Part shown: positions 42,655 through 53,420 of the stretch, one piece after another
Layout: every line of letters begins with the position of its first letter
How positions within the stretch are numbered: the first letter of the stretch is position 1
DNA from: Bacteroidetes bacterium GWF2_33_38
GTDB lineage: Bacteria; Bacteroidota; Bacteroidia; Bacteroidales; GWF2-33-38
Length of the DNA: 64,000 nt
Direction of reading: 5' to 3'
Assembly: GCA_001769505.1 (NCBI GenBank)
Contig: MEOF01000051.1
Coordinates: forward strand, 8,737 to 72,736
The notes under the pieces: model-generated
Seen by the model: only the letters and a program-made list of their open reading frames with translations
Database searches by the model: none
Told to the model about the DNA's origin: nothing
Translations under genes and position numbers: made by a program

Positions 42655-43377
42655 ATGAATACCGAAAAAAACTCATACATATTTATTTACTCAACAATAA
42701 TGGTTGTTGTAATTGCAGCAGCATTAACGTATGTATCGCAAAGTTTGAAAGAACCGCAAGAAAACAATATCCGTATTGAGAAAATGCAAAACATTTTGGC
42801 ATCAGTAAATATTGTTTCAACACCAAAAAATGCTGAAGAAATATACAAAAAATTCATCACATCGTCGTTGGTTGTGAATAGCAAAGGTGAAAAAATCGAA
42901 AACGCAATTGCTTTCGATATAAATTTAGCCGACGAACTTAAAAAAGAAAAAATTGAAGAACGATTATTTCCAGTTTACATTTGCACACCAAACGAAGGCG
43001 ATAGTTTACAACTTTACATAGTTCCATTGCGTGGAAAAGGACTTTGGGGACCAATTTGGGGATATATGTCGTTTCAACCAGATTTTAACACCATTGCAGG
43101 TTGCGTGTTCGACCACAAAGGAGAAACCCCCGGTTTAGGAGCAGAAATAAACACTGCAGTATTTCAAAAGCAATTTTTCGGAAAACAAATTTTCGACACC
43201 GTAAATAAATTCACATCCGTTGGAATAATGAAAGGCGGAGCAAAAGATGATGATATTCACGCAGTTGATGCAATTTCGGGCGGAACCATCACAAGCAAAG
43301 GTTTAGAAGCAATGGTGAAAGATTGTTTATCATCATATCAAGAATATTTTAGTAAAAACAAAGCACAAAAATTATAA
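42655..43377 (+). CDS. nqrC: Na+-translocating NADH:quinone oxidoreductase subunit C
   Basis: 240 aa with one N-terminal TM helix and FMN-attachment context DAISGGTITS. Confidence 0.9.
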   Translation: MNTEKNSYIFIYSTIMVVVIAAALTYVSQSLKEPQENNIRIEKMQNILASVNIVSTPKNAEEIYKKFITSSLVVNSKGEKIENAIAFDINLADELKKEKIEERLFPVYICTPNEGDSLQLYIVPLRGKGLWGPIWGYMSFQPDFNTIAGCVFDHKGETPGLGAEINTAVFQKQFFGKQIFDTVNKFTSVGIMKGGAKDDDIHAVDAISGGTITSKGLEAMVKDCLSSYQEYFSKNKAQKL

Positions 43378-43380
43378 AAT

Positions 43381-44001
43381 ATGGCAAATAAATATACAAG
43401 TTTGTTAACAAAACCTATTAATCTTGAAAATCCAATTACGGTTCAAGTTTTAGGAATTTGTTCATCGTTGGCAGTAACCGTACAAATGAAGCCAGCATTG
43501 GTTATGGGAGTTTCTGTAATGATTGTAACTGCGTTTTCAAATGCAATAATTTCATCGTTACGAAACACAATTCCAAACCGAATTAGAATTATTGTACAAT
43601 TGGTTGTGGTTGCGGCTTTGGTAATTATTGTTGACCAAATTCTAAAAGCTTATGTTTATGATGTGAGCAAACAACTTTCGGTTTTTGTGGGATTAATTAT
43701 CACAAATTGTATTTTGATGGGACGCTTAGAAGCTTTTGCAATGAGCAACAAACCATGGCCATCGTTTATTGATGGAATTGGAAACGGTTTGGGTTACACG
43801 TTGATTTTAGCAATTATTTCGTTTACACGAGAACTTTTAGGTTCAGGAACCATATGGGGTTACAAAGTTATTCCTCCAGTTTTTTATCAATTAGGTTACG
43901 AAAACAATGGTTTAATGATACTTCCTCCAATGGCTTTGATAATTATTGGTATTATTATTTGGATACAACGAAGCAGAAACAAACAATTAATCGAAAATTA
44001 A
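43381..44001 (+). CDS. nqrD: Na+-translocating NADH:quinone oxidoreductase subunit D
   Basis: 206 aa, NqrD/RnfE-type polytopic protein in the operon position. Confidence 0.9.
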   Translation: MANKYTSLLTKPINLENPITVQVLGICSSLAVTVQMKPALVMGVSVMIVTAFSNAIISSLRNTIPNRIRIIVQLVVVAALVIIVDQILKAYVYDVSKQLSVFVGLIITNCILMGRLEAFAMSNKPWPSFIDGIGNGLGYTLILAIISFTRELLGSGTIWGYKVIPPVFYQLGYENNGLMILPPMALIIIGIIIWIQRSRNKQLIEN

Positions 44002-44019
44002 TTTTGAAAAATATTTATT

Positions 44020-44649
44020 ATGGAATTATTTAATCTTTTTGTAAAGTCGATTTTTATCGACAATATGGTGTTCGCATATTTCTTGGGAATGTGCTCTTAC
44101 CTTGCTGTATCAAAAAAGGTAACAACAGCCATAGGACTTGGAATTGCCGTGGTTTTTGTTTTGTTAATTACAGCTCCATTCAATTGGTTATTATATCATT
44201 ATATGCTAAAACCAGGAGCTTTGGTTTGGATTAACGAAAGTTTTAAAGATGTTGATTTGAGCTTTTTAAGTTTCTTGATTTTTATTGCGAGCATTGCTGC
44301 GATAGTTCAATTAGTTGAAATGGCAGTCGAAAAATTTTCACCAGCATTGTACAGTTCATTAGGAATATTTTTACCACTCATTGCAGTGAATTGTGTGATT
44401 TTAGCCGTAGCACTTTTTGTACAAGAAAAAGAAGACCAATCATTGATGGGACTTGGAATTAGTGAAGTTACAATTTATGCTGTTGGATCAGGAATTGGTT
44501 GGTTTTTAGCCATCATAAGTATGGCTGCAATTAGAGAGAAAATTACGTACTCAAATATTCCAAAACCCTTACGTGGATTAGGAATTACTTTCATAATTAC
44601 AGGTTTAATGGCCTTTGCATTTATGGGATTTATGGGAATTAAAATTTAA
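44020..44649 (+). CDS. nqrE: Na+-translocating NADH:quinone oxidoreductase subunit E
   Basis: 209 aa, NqrE/RnfA-type polytopic protein in the operon position. Confidence 0.9.
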   Translation: MELFNLFVKSIFIDNMVFAYFLGMCSYLAVSKKVTTAIGLGIAVVFVLLITAPFNWLLYHYMLKPGALVWINESFKDVDLSFLSFLIFIASIAAIVQLVEMAVEKFSPALYSSLGIFLPLIAVNCVILAVALFVQEKEDQSLMGLGISEVTIYAVGSGIGWFLAIISMAAIREKITYSNIPKPLRGLGITFIITGLMAFAFMGFMGIKI

Positions 44650-44660
44650 TTTGAATTAAA

Positions 44661-45908
44661 ATGAGTTTTATAAATTTACTTTTAATAGGAACAGGAATAT
44701 TTTTAGGAACTATTCTACTTTTGGTTGTGATGTTGCTTATCGCTAAAGCAAAACTTTCACCATCGGGCAAAGTTAAAATCAAAATTAACGGAGACAGCGA
44801 AATTGATGTTGAACGCGGTTCATCGCTTTTGAATACATTGGCTGTGAATAAAATTTTATTACCATCGGCTTGCGGAGGCGGAGGAACTTGCGGAATGTGT
44901 AAATGTCAAGTTGAATCAGGCGGCGGTACAATACTTCCTACTGAAGTTGGATTTTTTAACCGTAAACAAATTAAAGAAAATTGGCGTTTGGGATGTCAGG
45001 TAAAAGTTCGCGAAGAAATGGAGATTCTTATTCCTCACGAAATAATGGGAATCAAGAAGTGGGAATGCGAAGTTGTTTCGAATCGGAATGTTGCAACATT
45101 TATTAAAGAATTTGTAGTAAAACTGCCTGAAGGCGAAACTCTAGATTTTAAATCGGGCGGATATATACAAATAGATGTTCCAAAACTTGAGGTTGATTTC
45201 AGAAAAGATATTGAAGTTGAAGAGCAATATAGAGACGAATGGGATAATTTAAAATTGTGGGACTTGAAAATGAAAAATACCGAAGAAACGTATCGTGCTT
45301 ATTCAATGGCAAGTCACCCAGCAGAAAATAACATTGTAATGTTAAATATTCGTATTGCAACACCTCCTTGGGATAAAGCAAAAGGCGGTTTTATGAATGT
45401 AAATCCAGGTATTTGTTCTTCGTTTATTTTTTCACGCAAGCCTAGCGATAAGGTTATGATTTCTGGTCCTTACGGAGAGTTTCACATTAAGCCAACCGAA
45501 AAAGAAATGATGTTTATTGGCGGTGGTGCAGGAATGGCTCCAATGCGTTCGCATATTTTTCACTTATTCCATACGGTTAAAACTGGAAGGAAAGCTACTT
45601 TTTGGTATGGAGCTCGTTCAAAACGAGAAGTATTTTACGAAGAACATTTTAGAGCCATTGAAAAAGAGTTCCCTAATTTCACTTTTCATATCGCACTTTC
45701 TGAACCAAAAGAAGAAGATAATTGGAATGGCTTAAAAGGTTTTATACATCAGGTAATTAAAGATGAATATTTAAGCAAACACGAAGAGCCAGAAGATATT
45801 GAATACTACCTTTGTGGACCTCCTATGATGAACGATGCTGTGAATAAAATGCTTTACGATATGGGAGTTCCCAATGAAATGATTGCATTTGACGATTTTG
45901 GAGGTTAA
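44661..45908 (+). CDS. nqrF: Na+-translocating NADH:quinone oxidoreductase subunit F
   Basis: N-terminal TM helix, 2Fe-2S cluster cysteines CGGGGTCGMCKC, FAD motif RAYSMAS, and NAD-binding GGGAGMAP. Confidence 0.95.
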   Translation: MSFINLLLIGTGIFLGTILLLVVMLLIAKAKLSPSGKVKIKINGDSEIDVERGSSLLNTLAVNKILLPSACGGGGTCGMCKCQVESGGGTILPTEVGFFNRKQIKENWRLGCQVKVREEMEILIPHEIMGIKKWECEVVSNRNVATFIKEFVVKLPEGETLDFKSGGYIQIDVPKLEVDFRKDIEVEEQYRDEWDNLKLWDLKMKNTEETYRAYSMASHPAENNIVMLNIRIATPPWDKAKGGFMNVNPGICSSFIFSRKPSDKVMISGPYGEFHIKPTEKEMMFIGGGAGMAPMRSHIFHLFHTVKTGRKATFWYGARSKREVFYEEHFRAIEKEFPNFTFHIALSEPKEEDNWNGLKGFIHQVIKDEYLSKHEEPEDIEYYLCGPPMMNDAVNKMLYDMGVPNEMIAFDDFGG

Positions 45909-45917
45909 AAACTCTAT

Positions 45918-45955
45918 CAAACACTCGATTTTCAAAATTGGGTGTTTGTTTTTTT
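45918..45955 (+). terminator. Terminator after nqrF
   Basis: caaacac...gtgtttg stem with an inner cgatttt/aaaattg extension, followed by a T-run. Confidence 0.55.
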
Positions 45956-46026
45956 AAGACAAATCAAAACATCTCATTTGCAGATTCATATATTTCGTGT
46001 AGGTTTGCAAATAATTTAAAATTAGA

Positions 46027-46920
46027 ATGGAATTATCTATCATAATTTGCTCATACAATAGAGATAAATATTTACCCGAAGCTCTTGAAAGCCTAACAAA
46101 ACAGACTCTTGATAACAGCAAGGTCGAATACATTGTCATCAATAATAATTCTACCGATAAAACCGAAGAAATTAGTCTGAATTTCGGAAAAAACAATCCG
46201 GAATTAAATTTCAAATATGCCATAGAATCTAATCAAGGCTTATCTTATGCTCGTAACAAAGGAATTGAAATAGCGAGCGGAAAAATCATTGCATTTATCG
46301 ACGACGATGCAATTGCTGAACCCGATTATGCCGAAAATTTACTACAAGCATTTCAAAATAATCCTAAATTTGATTCACTCGGCGGAAAGGTTCTTCCAAT
46401 TTATTTTGCAGGAAAAGAACCAAAATGGATGTCGAAATACCTCGAAGGTTTTGTTTCAAAAGTCGATTACGGAGATACTACAACGGCATTTGTTTCAACA
46501 AAATATCCAGTTGGGTGCAACATGGCTTTTAGGAAAGAAGTATTTGAAGAATTAGGCGGATTTAATGTTGACTTAGGTATTCGAAACGATGATAAATATA
46601 TGTTTCTTAAGCTTCGACGAAATGGAAAAACGATACTATACGCTGCAGATGTAATTGTTCATCACTACATGGATGCTTTTAGGGTTGAAGATTGGTATAT
46701 CAAAAAGCAAAGTTTTCAGGTTGGAGCTACTGAGAGAATCAGATTAAAACAAGAGCCATTTATTCAAACACTTGCAAAACCTTTTGAATATTTATTTAAG
46801 TTTGCAGCTGCAGTAATTTTGGGAACTGTTTTTTTGTTAAAAGGGCAAACAGCCAAAGCAACGTACTTAGTATGGATTCGGTGGTTGGTTTTTATCGGTT
46901 TTTTTAAACGAAAATACTAA
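46027..46920 (+). CDS. Family 2 glycosyltransferase
   Basis: LSIIICSYNRDKYLPEALESL and the IAFIDDDA DxD region. Confidence 0.8.
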   Translation: MELSIIICSYNRDKYLPEALESLTKQTLDNSKVEYIVINNNSTDKTEEISLNFGKNNPELNFKYAIESNQGLSYARNKGIEIASGKIIAFIDDDAIAEPDYAENLLQAFQNNPKFDSLGGKVLPIYFAGKEPKWMSKYLEGFVSKVDYGDTTTAFVSTKYPVGCNMAFRKEVFEELGGFNVDLGIRNDDKYMFLKLRRNGKTILYAADVIVHHYMDAFRVEDWYIKKQSFQVGATERIRLKQEPFIQTLAKPFEYLFKFAAAVILGTVFLLKGQTAKATYLVWIRWLVFIGFFKRKY

Positions 46921-46935
46921 AATCATCAAACGAAA

Positions 46936-48102
46936 TTATTGAAAAATCTGCTCAATATTTCCAAATAAAGGATTAAATCTTATTTGTACGTTTTTATTTT
47001 TAAGAATAGTTTCGGGTAATGTGGTCAATGTTCCAAACTGAGCAACAAGAAGTTTTTTCCGAGCAATGACGTCTTCACCTAGTAAAACTTGAACCGAAGC
47101 AAGATCTGGAATTCGATATACAAGACCTTTTATTTCTTTTGTCTTTTCTTCCTCTTTTTTTGCTAAATAACTATCAATAACCTTTGTTTTTCCATCATTT
47201 ATAACTTTTACGATAACCTGCTGCGAGCTTTGATCTTCTTTACTTACAATTCCGTTTTCTTTTGATAAATTAAATAAAATGCTCACATTCAAATCTTTGC
47301 TTTTATTAGGAGTATAAGTAAAGTTTTTGATGATTGTTTCTTCGTATTTTTTCCCGATAAACAAGGATAAATATTCTTCTTCCAATTTATCAAGTTCTGC
47401 AATCATCGATTGCACACTGCCAGTTCCCGAAATTTGAGTTTCAGTTTGTGCTGTAAGCACTTTAAACCTTCGCTTTCTAAGCTTAATAATAAAGTTAGCC
47501 GCTTCTTCTGCTTTTTCGTTTATCGATTTTTTCTCTAATTGTTTTCGTATTATAGGAACTCGAACAAAAGAAGTGTCTTGTTTTACCTTTTTGTAAACCG
47601 TATCTTGTAATTCGTTAATATTCCGTTTTATCGACAAATCGGTAAACTGAGCTTCTATCTCGGGTTTTGCAATATCAATTATCAGGTTGTCTGATTCAAC
47701 AGACTTTGGAGATTTTGAAACCAGGTTTATTGACTCTATAACTCCTTTTTCGTTAAGAGTAAGCCCGTTCATTATAGTCTTATTGTTCGATTTTAAAACG
47801 AAATAATTATTATAATCAGGTTCAGCAATACTATTAATGTCAACATTTATAATTTCCCATTCCGTGTGATTTTTTTTAATCACATTGTTGATATTTAAAT
47901 ATTTTTCGGCGTATTCGAAAAAAGGACCTCTTATGTAAGTTGTCTTTTTTAATTCAACATCAATTTGCAAAACCGTTTCGGGTAACGAATATATAATTCC
48001 TCCATCGTAATATTTTTCGGCTTCGTTAACATTAACAACTTTTACACTTGTGCAAGCACTAATCGCAAAAATCAAAAGAACAACAGAAATTATTTTTATC
48101 AT
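46936..48102 (-). CDS. Hypothetical lipoprotein (DUF4831-like)
   Basis: Lipobox LLIFAISAC after MIKIISVV. I prefer the start at 48102, which avoids overlap with nnr. The family call is from memory only. Confidence 0.5.
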   Translation of the reverse strand: MIKIISVVLLIFAISACTSVKVVNVNEAEKYYDGGIIYSLPETVLQIDVELKKTTYIRGPFFEYAEKYLNINNVIKKNHTEWEIINVDINSIAEPDYNNYFVLKSNNKTIMNGLTLNEKGVIESINLVSKSPKSVESDNLIIDIAKPEIEAQFTDLSIKRNINELQDTVYKKVKQDTSFVRVPIIRKQLEKKSINEKAEEAANFIIKLRKRRFKVLTAQTETQISGTGSVQSMIAELDKLEEEYLSLFIGKKYEETIIKNFTYTPNKSKDLNVSILFNLSKENGIVSKEDQSSQQVIVKVINDGKTKVIDSYLAKKEEEKTKEIKGLVYRIPDLASVQVLLGEDVIARKKLLVAQFGTLTTLPETILKNKNVQIRFNPLFGNIEQIFQ

Positions 48103-48109
48103 CGTAAAA

Positions 48110-49612
48110 TTATTTTTTAACAAAATTAAAAGCATTTCCCAAATTTTCAACAATGTCGCCGGCAATTAACGATTCGTGGCTTTGATTTTTTAACGAAAAA
48201 TCTCCAGCAAGTCCATGAATATACACACCAATTTTAGCAGCGTCTTCGCTATTGTAATTTTGAGCCAGCAAAGATAGAATTATTCCTGTTAAAACATCTC
48301 CACTTCCGGCGGTTGCCATCCCATTATTTCCGGTTGAGTTAAACCAAGTTTCTCCATCAGGCAATGAAATTGATGTATTTGACCCTTTTAGAACAATAAT
48401 AATTTTATATTTTTTCGACATTTCTTTTTGAAGAATATGCCTATTCATATCCGATTTGCTTTGTCCAAAAAGCCTCTCAAATTCTTTTTTATGGGGTGTA
48501 AGAATTGTGTTTTGTGGCAATAGCTTATATAGTGTTTGATCTTTCGACAAAAGATTTAAACCATCGGCGTCAATTACCAAGGGTTTGTTGCAAGTTGAAA
48601 TTAGTTTTTTAAATGCCAAAAAAGTATCTTTTTCCTGCGATAAGCCTGGACCAATTGCGATTGCTGAAAATTTTTCAAAACTTGGAATATCAGAAATATA
48701 ATTTTCGTTTGTATCACAAATCGCCATTGCTTCATGAACCGACGATTGAATTATAGACAATCCATTTTTCGGGATATAACTCGTAAGTAAGCCTATTCCA
48801 CTTCTTAAACAAGCTTTTGATGCCAACACAGCCGAACCCATTTTTCCAATACTTCCTGCAATAAGCAATCCGTGACCAAAACTTCCTTTGTGTGCAAATT
48901 TATCACGAGGTTTTAAGTTTATGTCTTGGCGTTCAAGATAAAAATTTTCTGTATCAGCATAAGAAATAAAATCATTATGCAAACCTATATCTAAAACTAT
49001 CCAATCGCCAACAAATTCATGATTTTCAGCCAATAGAAATGGAAGTTTAGGAAATTGAAATGTAAGCGTAACATCTGCTTTCACAATTGAATCTCGGAGA
49101 TTGTTGCTATTATCATCAACAAATAAACCTGAAGGAATATCAATTGCAATTTTTTGATTGTTTTGACTATTTATGAAAGATATTGTTTGTTCCGCAATTC
49201 CCGAAATCGTATGCGACAATCCGGAACCGAAAATTGCATCGATTATAATTGCATTTTGGCTAAGTTTAGGCAATTCATTTTTCGATTCAATTTCTTTAAC
49301 ATCTACTGTTGTTTTCACTAAACGTTCGTAGTTAGTCTTAAAATCGTCAGAGCTTAAATTCGAAATTTTCAATACATAAACACGAACCTTTTTTTTATTT
49401 TCAGCTAGCATTCGGGCTATTGCCAGTCCATCACCACCATTATTTCCTTGTCCTGCAAAAACTACAAATTCCTCGCTATTTTTACAGCGATTGAGAATCC
49501 ATTTAACACATTGAAATGCTGCTCTTTCCATCAAGTCAATCGACTTTATGGGTTCATTTTCAATTGTGTACAAATCGGCTTCCCGAATTTTAGCAAGAGA
49601 GAGAATCTTCAT
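48110..49612 (-). CDS. nnr: Bifunctional NAD(P)H-hydrate repair enzyme (epimerase/dehydratase)
   Basis: N-terminal YjeF_N motif GQGNNGGDGLAIAR. C-terminal kinase-like region with GPGL and AGSGDVLTGII. Confidence 0.9.
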   Translation of the reverse strand: MKILSLAKIREADLYTIENEPIKSIDLMERAAFQCVKWILNRCKNSEEFVVFAGQGNNGGDGLAIARMLAENKKKVRVYVLKISNLSSDDFKTNYERLVKTTVDVKEIESKNELPKLSQNAIIIDAIFGSGLSHTISGIAEQTISFINSQNNQKIAIDIPSGLFVDDNSNNLRDSIVKADVTLTFQFPKLPFLLAENHEFVGDWIVLDIGLHNDFISYADTENFYLERQDINLKPRDKFAHKGSFGHGLLIAGSIGKMGSAVLASKACLRSGIGLLTSYIPKNGLSIIQSSVHEAMAICDTNENYISDIPSFEKFSAIAIGPGLSQEKDTFLAFKKLISTCNKPLVIDADGLNLLSKDQTLYKLLPQNTILTPHKKEFERLFGQSKSDMNRHILQKEMSKKYKIIIVLKGSNTSISLPDGETWFNSTGNNGMATAGSGDVLTGIILSLLAQNYNSEDAAKIGVYIHGLAGDFSLKNQSHESLIAGDIVENLGNAFNFVKK

Positions 49613-49676
49613 TTTTTTAAATGTAAATTTGGAGTTAAAACCTTTGTGATTTAGAACTCCAAATTTTTATACATTT

Positions 49677-49856
49677 TTACTTTTTTACATCGTAAAAGCA
49701 CATTTTCGGAGAAATTATTTTCTCTTCAGTTTTAAGTTTTTTTAATACTTTATCGACTTCTTTTTTATCGATTCCAGTTGCATCTGCAATTTCTGCACTT
49801 TTCATAGCTTTTCCAGCTTTTTTAATTGCTTGAATAATTTTTTCTGAGGTTTCCAT
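49677..49856 (-). CDS. Small winged-helix DNA-binding-like protein (59 aa; below the ORF-track cutoff)
   Basis: My translation: METSEKIIQAIKKAGKAMKSAEIADATGIDKKEVDKVLKKLKTEEKIISPKMCFYDVKK. ATG at 49856 and TAA at 49679-49677, followed by hairpin tttggagtt...aactccaaa. Confidence 0.6.
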   Translation of the reverse strand: METSEKIIQAIKKAGKAMKSAEIADATGIDKKEVDKVLKKLKTEEKIISPKMCFYDVKK

Positions 49857-49942
49857 AAAATATTTTTTTCGTTAATAGTATAAAGATAGTAAAACTTACT
49901 TTAATTTTGTTTTTTGATAACAAAAACTTTATTCGTTCAATT

Positions 49943-50965
49943 ATGGATTACAACCCGAATGATATTGGTATTCCGAATGGAAATTATTTCGCTTTTCCTT
50001 ACACAGTTGAAGAATCGGAAATTGTGCTTCTTTCTGTTCCTTGGGACGCAACAACCTCTTACGGAAAGGGAACGGCGTCAGGTCCTGAGGCAATTATAAA
50101 CGCTTCGACTCAAGTCGATTTATACGATTTTGATGTAAAAGATGCTTGGAAAATAAAAACCGGAACAATCCCTATTGAAAAAGCGATTTTAACGAAAAAT
50201 AAAGTTTTTGGAAAATATTCCGATGATATTATTTCGTTGCTCGAAAAAGGAATTAGTGTTGAAGATAAAAATGTTTCGTCTTTACTTGAAAAAGTGAACA
50301 AAGCTTCTGACGAAATTAACCAATGGGTTTATAACGAGTCGCTTGATTGGCTTAATAAAGGAAAAATTGTTGGAGTAATTGGAGGCGAACATAGTGTTCC
50401 TTACGGATTAATCAAAGCTCTTTGCTCAAAACATGAATCGTTTGGGATATTGCATATTGATGCTCATGCCGACTTACGAAATGCCTACGAAGGATTTACT
50501 CATTCTCATGCTTCGATTATGTTTAATTCCATGAAATTTAAAAACATTACAAAGCTTGTTCAAGTTGCTGTACGAGATGTTTGCGAAGACGAAATTGAAT
50601 TTGCAAACAACGACGACAGAGTTATCATGTACCACGATTTTCAGATAAAGCAAGACACGTACAAAGGAGTTTTGTGGGATAAACAATGCGACGAAATTAT
50701 GACCTATTTACCCGAAAATGTTTACATAAGTTTCGATATCGACGGGCTCACTCCAGAGCATTGTCCAAATACTGGAACTCCTGTACCAGGTGGATTGCGA
50801 TTTTACGAAGCTGTTTACTTGATTAAAAAGTTATCGGACTACAAAAAAAGAATCATCGGATTTGATTTATGCGAGGTTTCACCGGGAGATACCGAATGGG
50901 ACGCAAATGTAGGAGCAAGAATACTACAAAAACTGATTAATTACACGCATTTGTGTAACGAATAA
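49943..50965 (+). CDS. Ureohydrolase-family enzyme (arginase/agmatinase/formimidoylglutamase family)
   Basis: Mn-binding motifs GGEHS, HIDAHADL and SFDIDGL. I prefer the start MDYNPND at 49943. Confidence 0.75.
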   Translation: MDYNPNDIGIPNGNYFAFPYTVEESEIVLLSVPWDATTSYGKGTASGPEAIINASTQVDLYDFDVKDAWKIKTGTIPIEKAILTKNKVFGKYSDDIISLLEKGISVEDKNVSSLLEKVNKASDEINQWVYNESLDWLNKGKIVGVIGGEHSVPYGLIKALCSKHESFGILHIDAHADLRNAYEGFTHSHASIMFNSMKFKNITKLVQVAVRDVCEDEIEFANNDDRVIMYHDFQIKQDTYKGVLWDKQCDEIMTYLPENVYISFDIDGLTPEHCPNTGTPVPGGLRFYEAVYLIKKLSDYKKRIIGFDLCEVSPGDTEWDANVGARILQKLINYTHLCNE

Positions 50966-51057
50966 TAATCTTAAAACATCACGCAATTCGTTTGTTTTTT
51001 TCTATCGGTATAATTTATACTTTTGTAAACAACAAAAAAACAGACACACATATTGTT

Positions 51058-51942
51058 ATGAAGCTTAAACTATTTTTATTAATTCTTTCAAGCATACTGC
51101 TGAGTTCATATTTGCTTTCGAAAAAAATCGATTATCGTGATGCTCGAAACATGAATGTATGCAAAACGCTGAAAGGAGAAGTATTGGTTTACTGCGTATT
51201 TGTTGATACAAAATCGACATTGCCATGGACAGAGTTTGATATACAATCGACTATTGATTCCTTAAATACAGCCGTAAACTGGCTCAATACAAAAGCTAGA
51301 GAAGAAAAAATAAATTTAAAGGTAAGAAGCGATTATTACATTGGACAAGAATTTTCGACCATAAACAAAGAACTTCCTGAAGGCTCGGTAGAAAAAACAA
51401 TCACAACGCCAAATTTACATACTGGAATTATCAGTTTAAACAAATGGGCCGACTACATTGCCAAAAAAGCAGGATTATCGTTTAACTTATCAGAAAAAGA
51501 CGGAATTCCCGAAATCAAAAATCCGAAAAATAAAGAACGGTTTGTTGCCTATTTACGCGACGAATACAAAGCCGAGAGCGTAGCACTTTTGTTTATGGTA
51601 AACAATTATTATAAAACCGACATTTCCTTGCATGTAAATACCATGACAACCAGCGATGTTGAATTTGCTATCGTAAGTTACAAATATCCTTCGGCAATTG
51701 CTCACAGTGTTTTAAACTTATTTGGTGCAGCCGATTTATGCAGTTCTCCCTATCGAAAAAGTCAAAAAAATATTGATTTTGCCACAAAAAATTTCCCGAA
51801 TGAAATTATGCAAGATCCGTATGCAAAAAGCATTAAAACTATGGAAATGAGCAATTTTACAAAATATTTAATCGGCTGGACCGATACGCTTGACGAAAAA
51901 TATTCAGACTTATTAATCGACAATAGAATAAAAATTGATTAA
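51058..51942 (+). CDS. Hypothetical exported protein
   Basis: Signal peptide MKLKLFLLILSSILLSSYLLS. No confident family. I prefer the start at 51058. Confidence 0.55.
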   Translation: MKLKLFLLILSSILLSSYLLSKKIDYRDARNMNVCKTLKGEVLVYCVFVDTKSTLPWTEFDIQSTIDSLNTAVNWLNTKAREEKINLKVRSDYYIGQEFSTINKELPEGSVEKTITTPNLHTGIISLNKWADYIAKKAGLSFNLSEKDGIPEIKNPKNKERFVAYLRDEYKAESVALLFMVNNYYKTDISLHVNTMTTSDVEFAIVSYKYPSAIAHSVLNLFGAADLCSSPYRKSQKNIDFATKNFPNEIMQDPYAKSIKTMEMSNFTKYLIGWTDTLDEKYSDLLIDNRIKID

Positions 51943-51993
51943 GTTTTTTTTAGATTCCTGCAAAAAACATTGTTATATTTTAAATAATCTCAC

Positions 51994-53322
51994 ATGAAAA
52001 ATCTTTGGATTCGAATAATCTGTTTATCATTTATTGTGATGGCTTCAGATTTGGCAAATGCTCAAACAAAAAATGTAGTTTCGACGGTTTCGCCAAAAGA
52101 ATATTATGTTTCGGTTGATAAAGGAAAAGGGAATCTCGGCACAAAAAAGAAACCTGTTAAAGATTTAGGAGATATAATTTCACTTCTAGCTCCAGGCGAT
52201 ATTGTTCATATTGCACAAGGGGAATATCTGGGAACAAATGGAATTGGAGCCTATAGCACAAATGTTCCGTGTACAATAATCGGAGGATACAGCAACGATT
52301 TTAGTCAACGAGATCCATGGGGAGAATACAAAACCATTTTTTCAGGGTCTAATCGTCTAAATGAAACCTCGACCGAAGCGAGATTGAAAATCGAAACACA
52401 TTTAAAATATCCCGAATATAAAGGAGAAATTGTTGTTGATGGAATAATTATCGACAATGGCGATAGAAATTTATATGCCGACGAAAAAAAATTACAAATT
52501 TTGAGAACCGATAATTCTGAGCAAAGTAAGCATGCTACACCAAATACTGAAGGAATAAAAATCACAACTGGAAAATATTGCAATGCAACCGTTAAAAATT
52601 GCATCGTGTTGAATACTGCCAGCCTCGAAGGAGCTATTTACACAGCAGGAAACAAGTCGAGCATGATAAAAATCGACAATAATCTGATAATAAATAATAC
52701 CGGAGAAGGTATCCATGCAACTTCGCTTTGGAAGCCCGCCGACGGAAATAACCCAACCATGTACGAAATTACAAATAATACAATTTTATTTACATGGAGA
52801 TACGATGAACTTGCCAAAAATTACAGCGGAAACGCACTTAAAATGGATAAAGAAGTTCAACTAATGTGCTTGGGAAATATTTTTGGATTCAGCGATGTTG
52901 GAGGAATCAACAATGTAAAAGCAGCTAAAAACATAATCTTAATTGATAATTTGTTTATGGCTAATCGCGAATACGACTACAGAGAATCAGAAAGTAAAAT
53001 GAGAGTCGGCAAAATTGGTCTAGAATCAAAGCTAGTAGCTCCCGAAAGTTCTGAAAATTTGAGCGAAGTCACAAATTTACAAGTTGATAGCTTGTGGGCA
53101 GAAATTTACGCAAGTCGAAAAATTATTGCTCAAGCAAAAACCGAGAACAATACAACAGCCGAAAATTCAGATAACAATTCTGTTAGAACCATACTTAATT
53201 TGGAGCTAAAAAACGATGAAATTATAGAAACCAAAATTTGCTTACATCACATGGATTTAGAAAAGACTATAAAAATAGGAATCGAAAAATATCTCGGAAA
53301 ATTTGGTTGTGTTAAACCATAA
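51994..53322 (+). CDS. Hypothetical exported protein, probable right-handed parallel beta-helix fold
   Basis: Signal peptide. The N-terminal KKKPVKDLGDIISLLAPGDIVHIAQGEY is pectate-lyase-fold-like, followed by repetitive N/G/I-rich turns. Confidence 0.5.
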   Translation: MKNLWIRIICLSFIVMASDLANAQTKNVVSTVSPKEYYVSVDKGKGNLGTKKKPVKDLGDIISLLAPGDIVHIAQGEYLGTNGIGAYSTNVPCTIIGGYSNDFSQRDPWGEYKTIFSGSNRLNETSTEARLKIETHLKYPEYKGEIVVDGIIIDNGDRNLYADEKKLQILRTDNSEQSKHATPNTEGIKITTGKYCNATVKNCIVLNTASLEGAIYTAGNKSSMIKIDNNLIINNTGEGIHATSLWKPADGNNPTMYEITNNTILFTWRYDELAKNYSGNALKMDKEVQLMCLGNIFGFSDVGGINNVKAAKNIILIDNLFMANREYDYRESESKMRVGKIGLESKLVAPESSENLSEVTNLQVDSLWAEIYASRKIIAQAKTENNTTAENSDNNSVRTILNLELKNDEIIETKICLHHMDLEKTIKIGIEKYLGKFGCVKP

Positions 53323-53420
53323 TTCAAAATAGGTATAACAAGTTTTTAAAATCCATCTAGAGTTTTTGTAAATTCAACTTTTTATTATAAGTTTGTAGCA
53401 GATTTGTGGGAAAAGAAATG

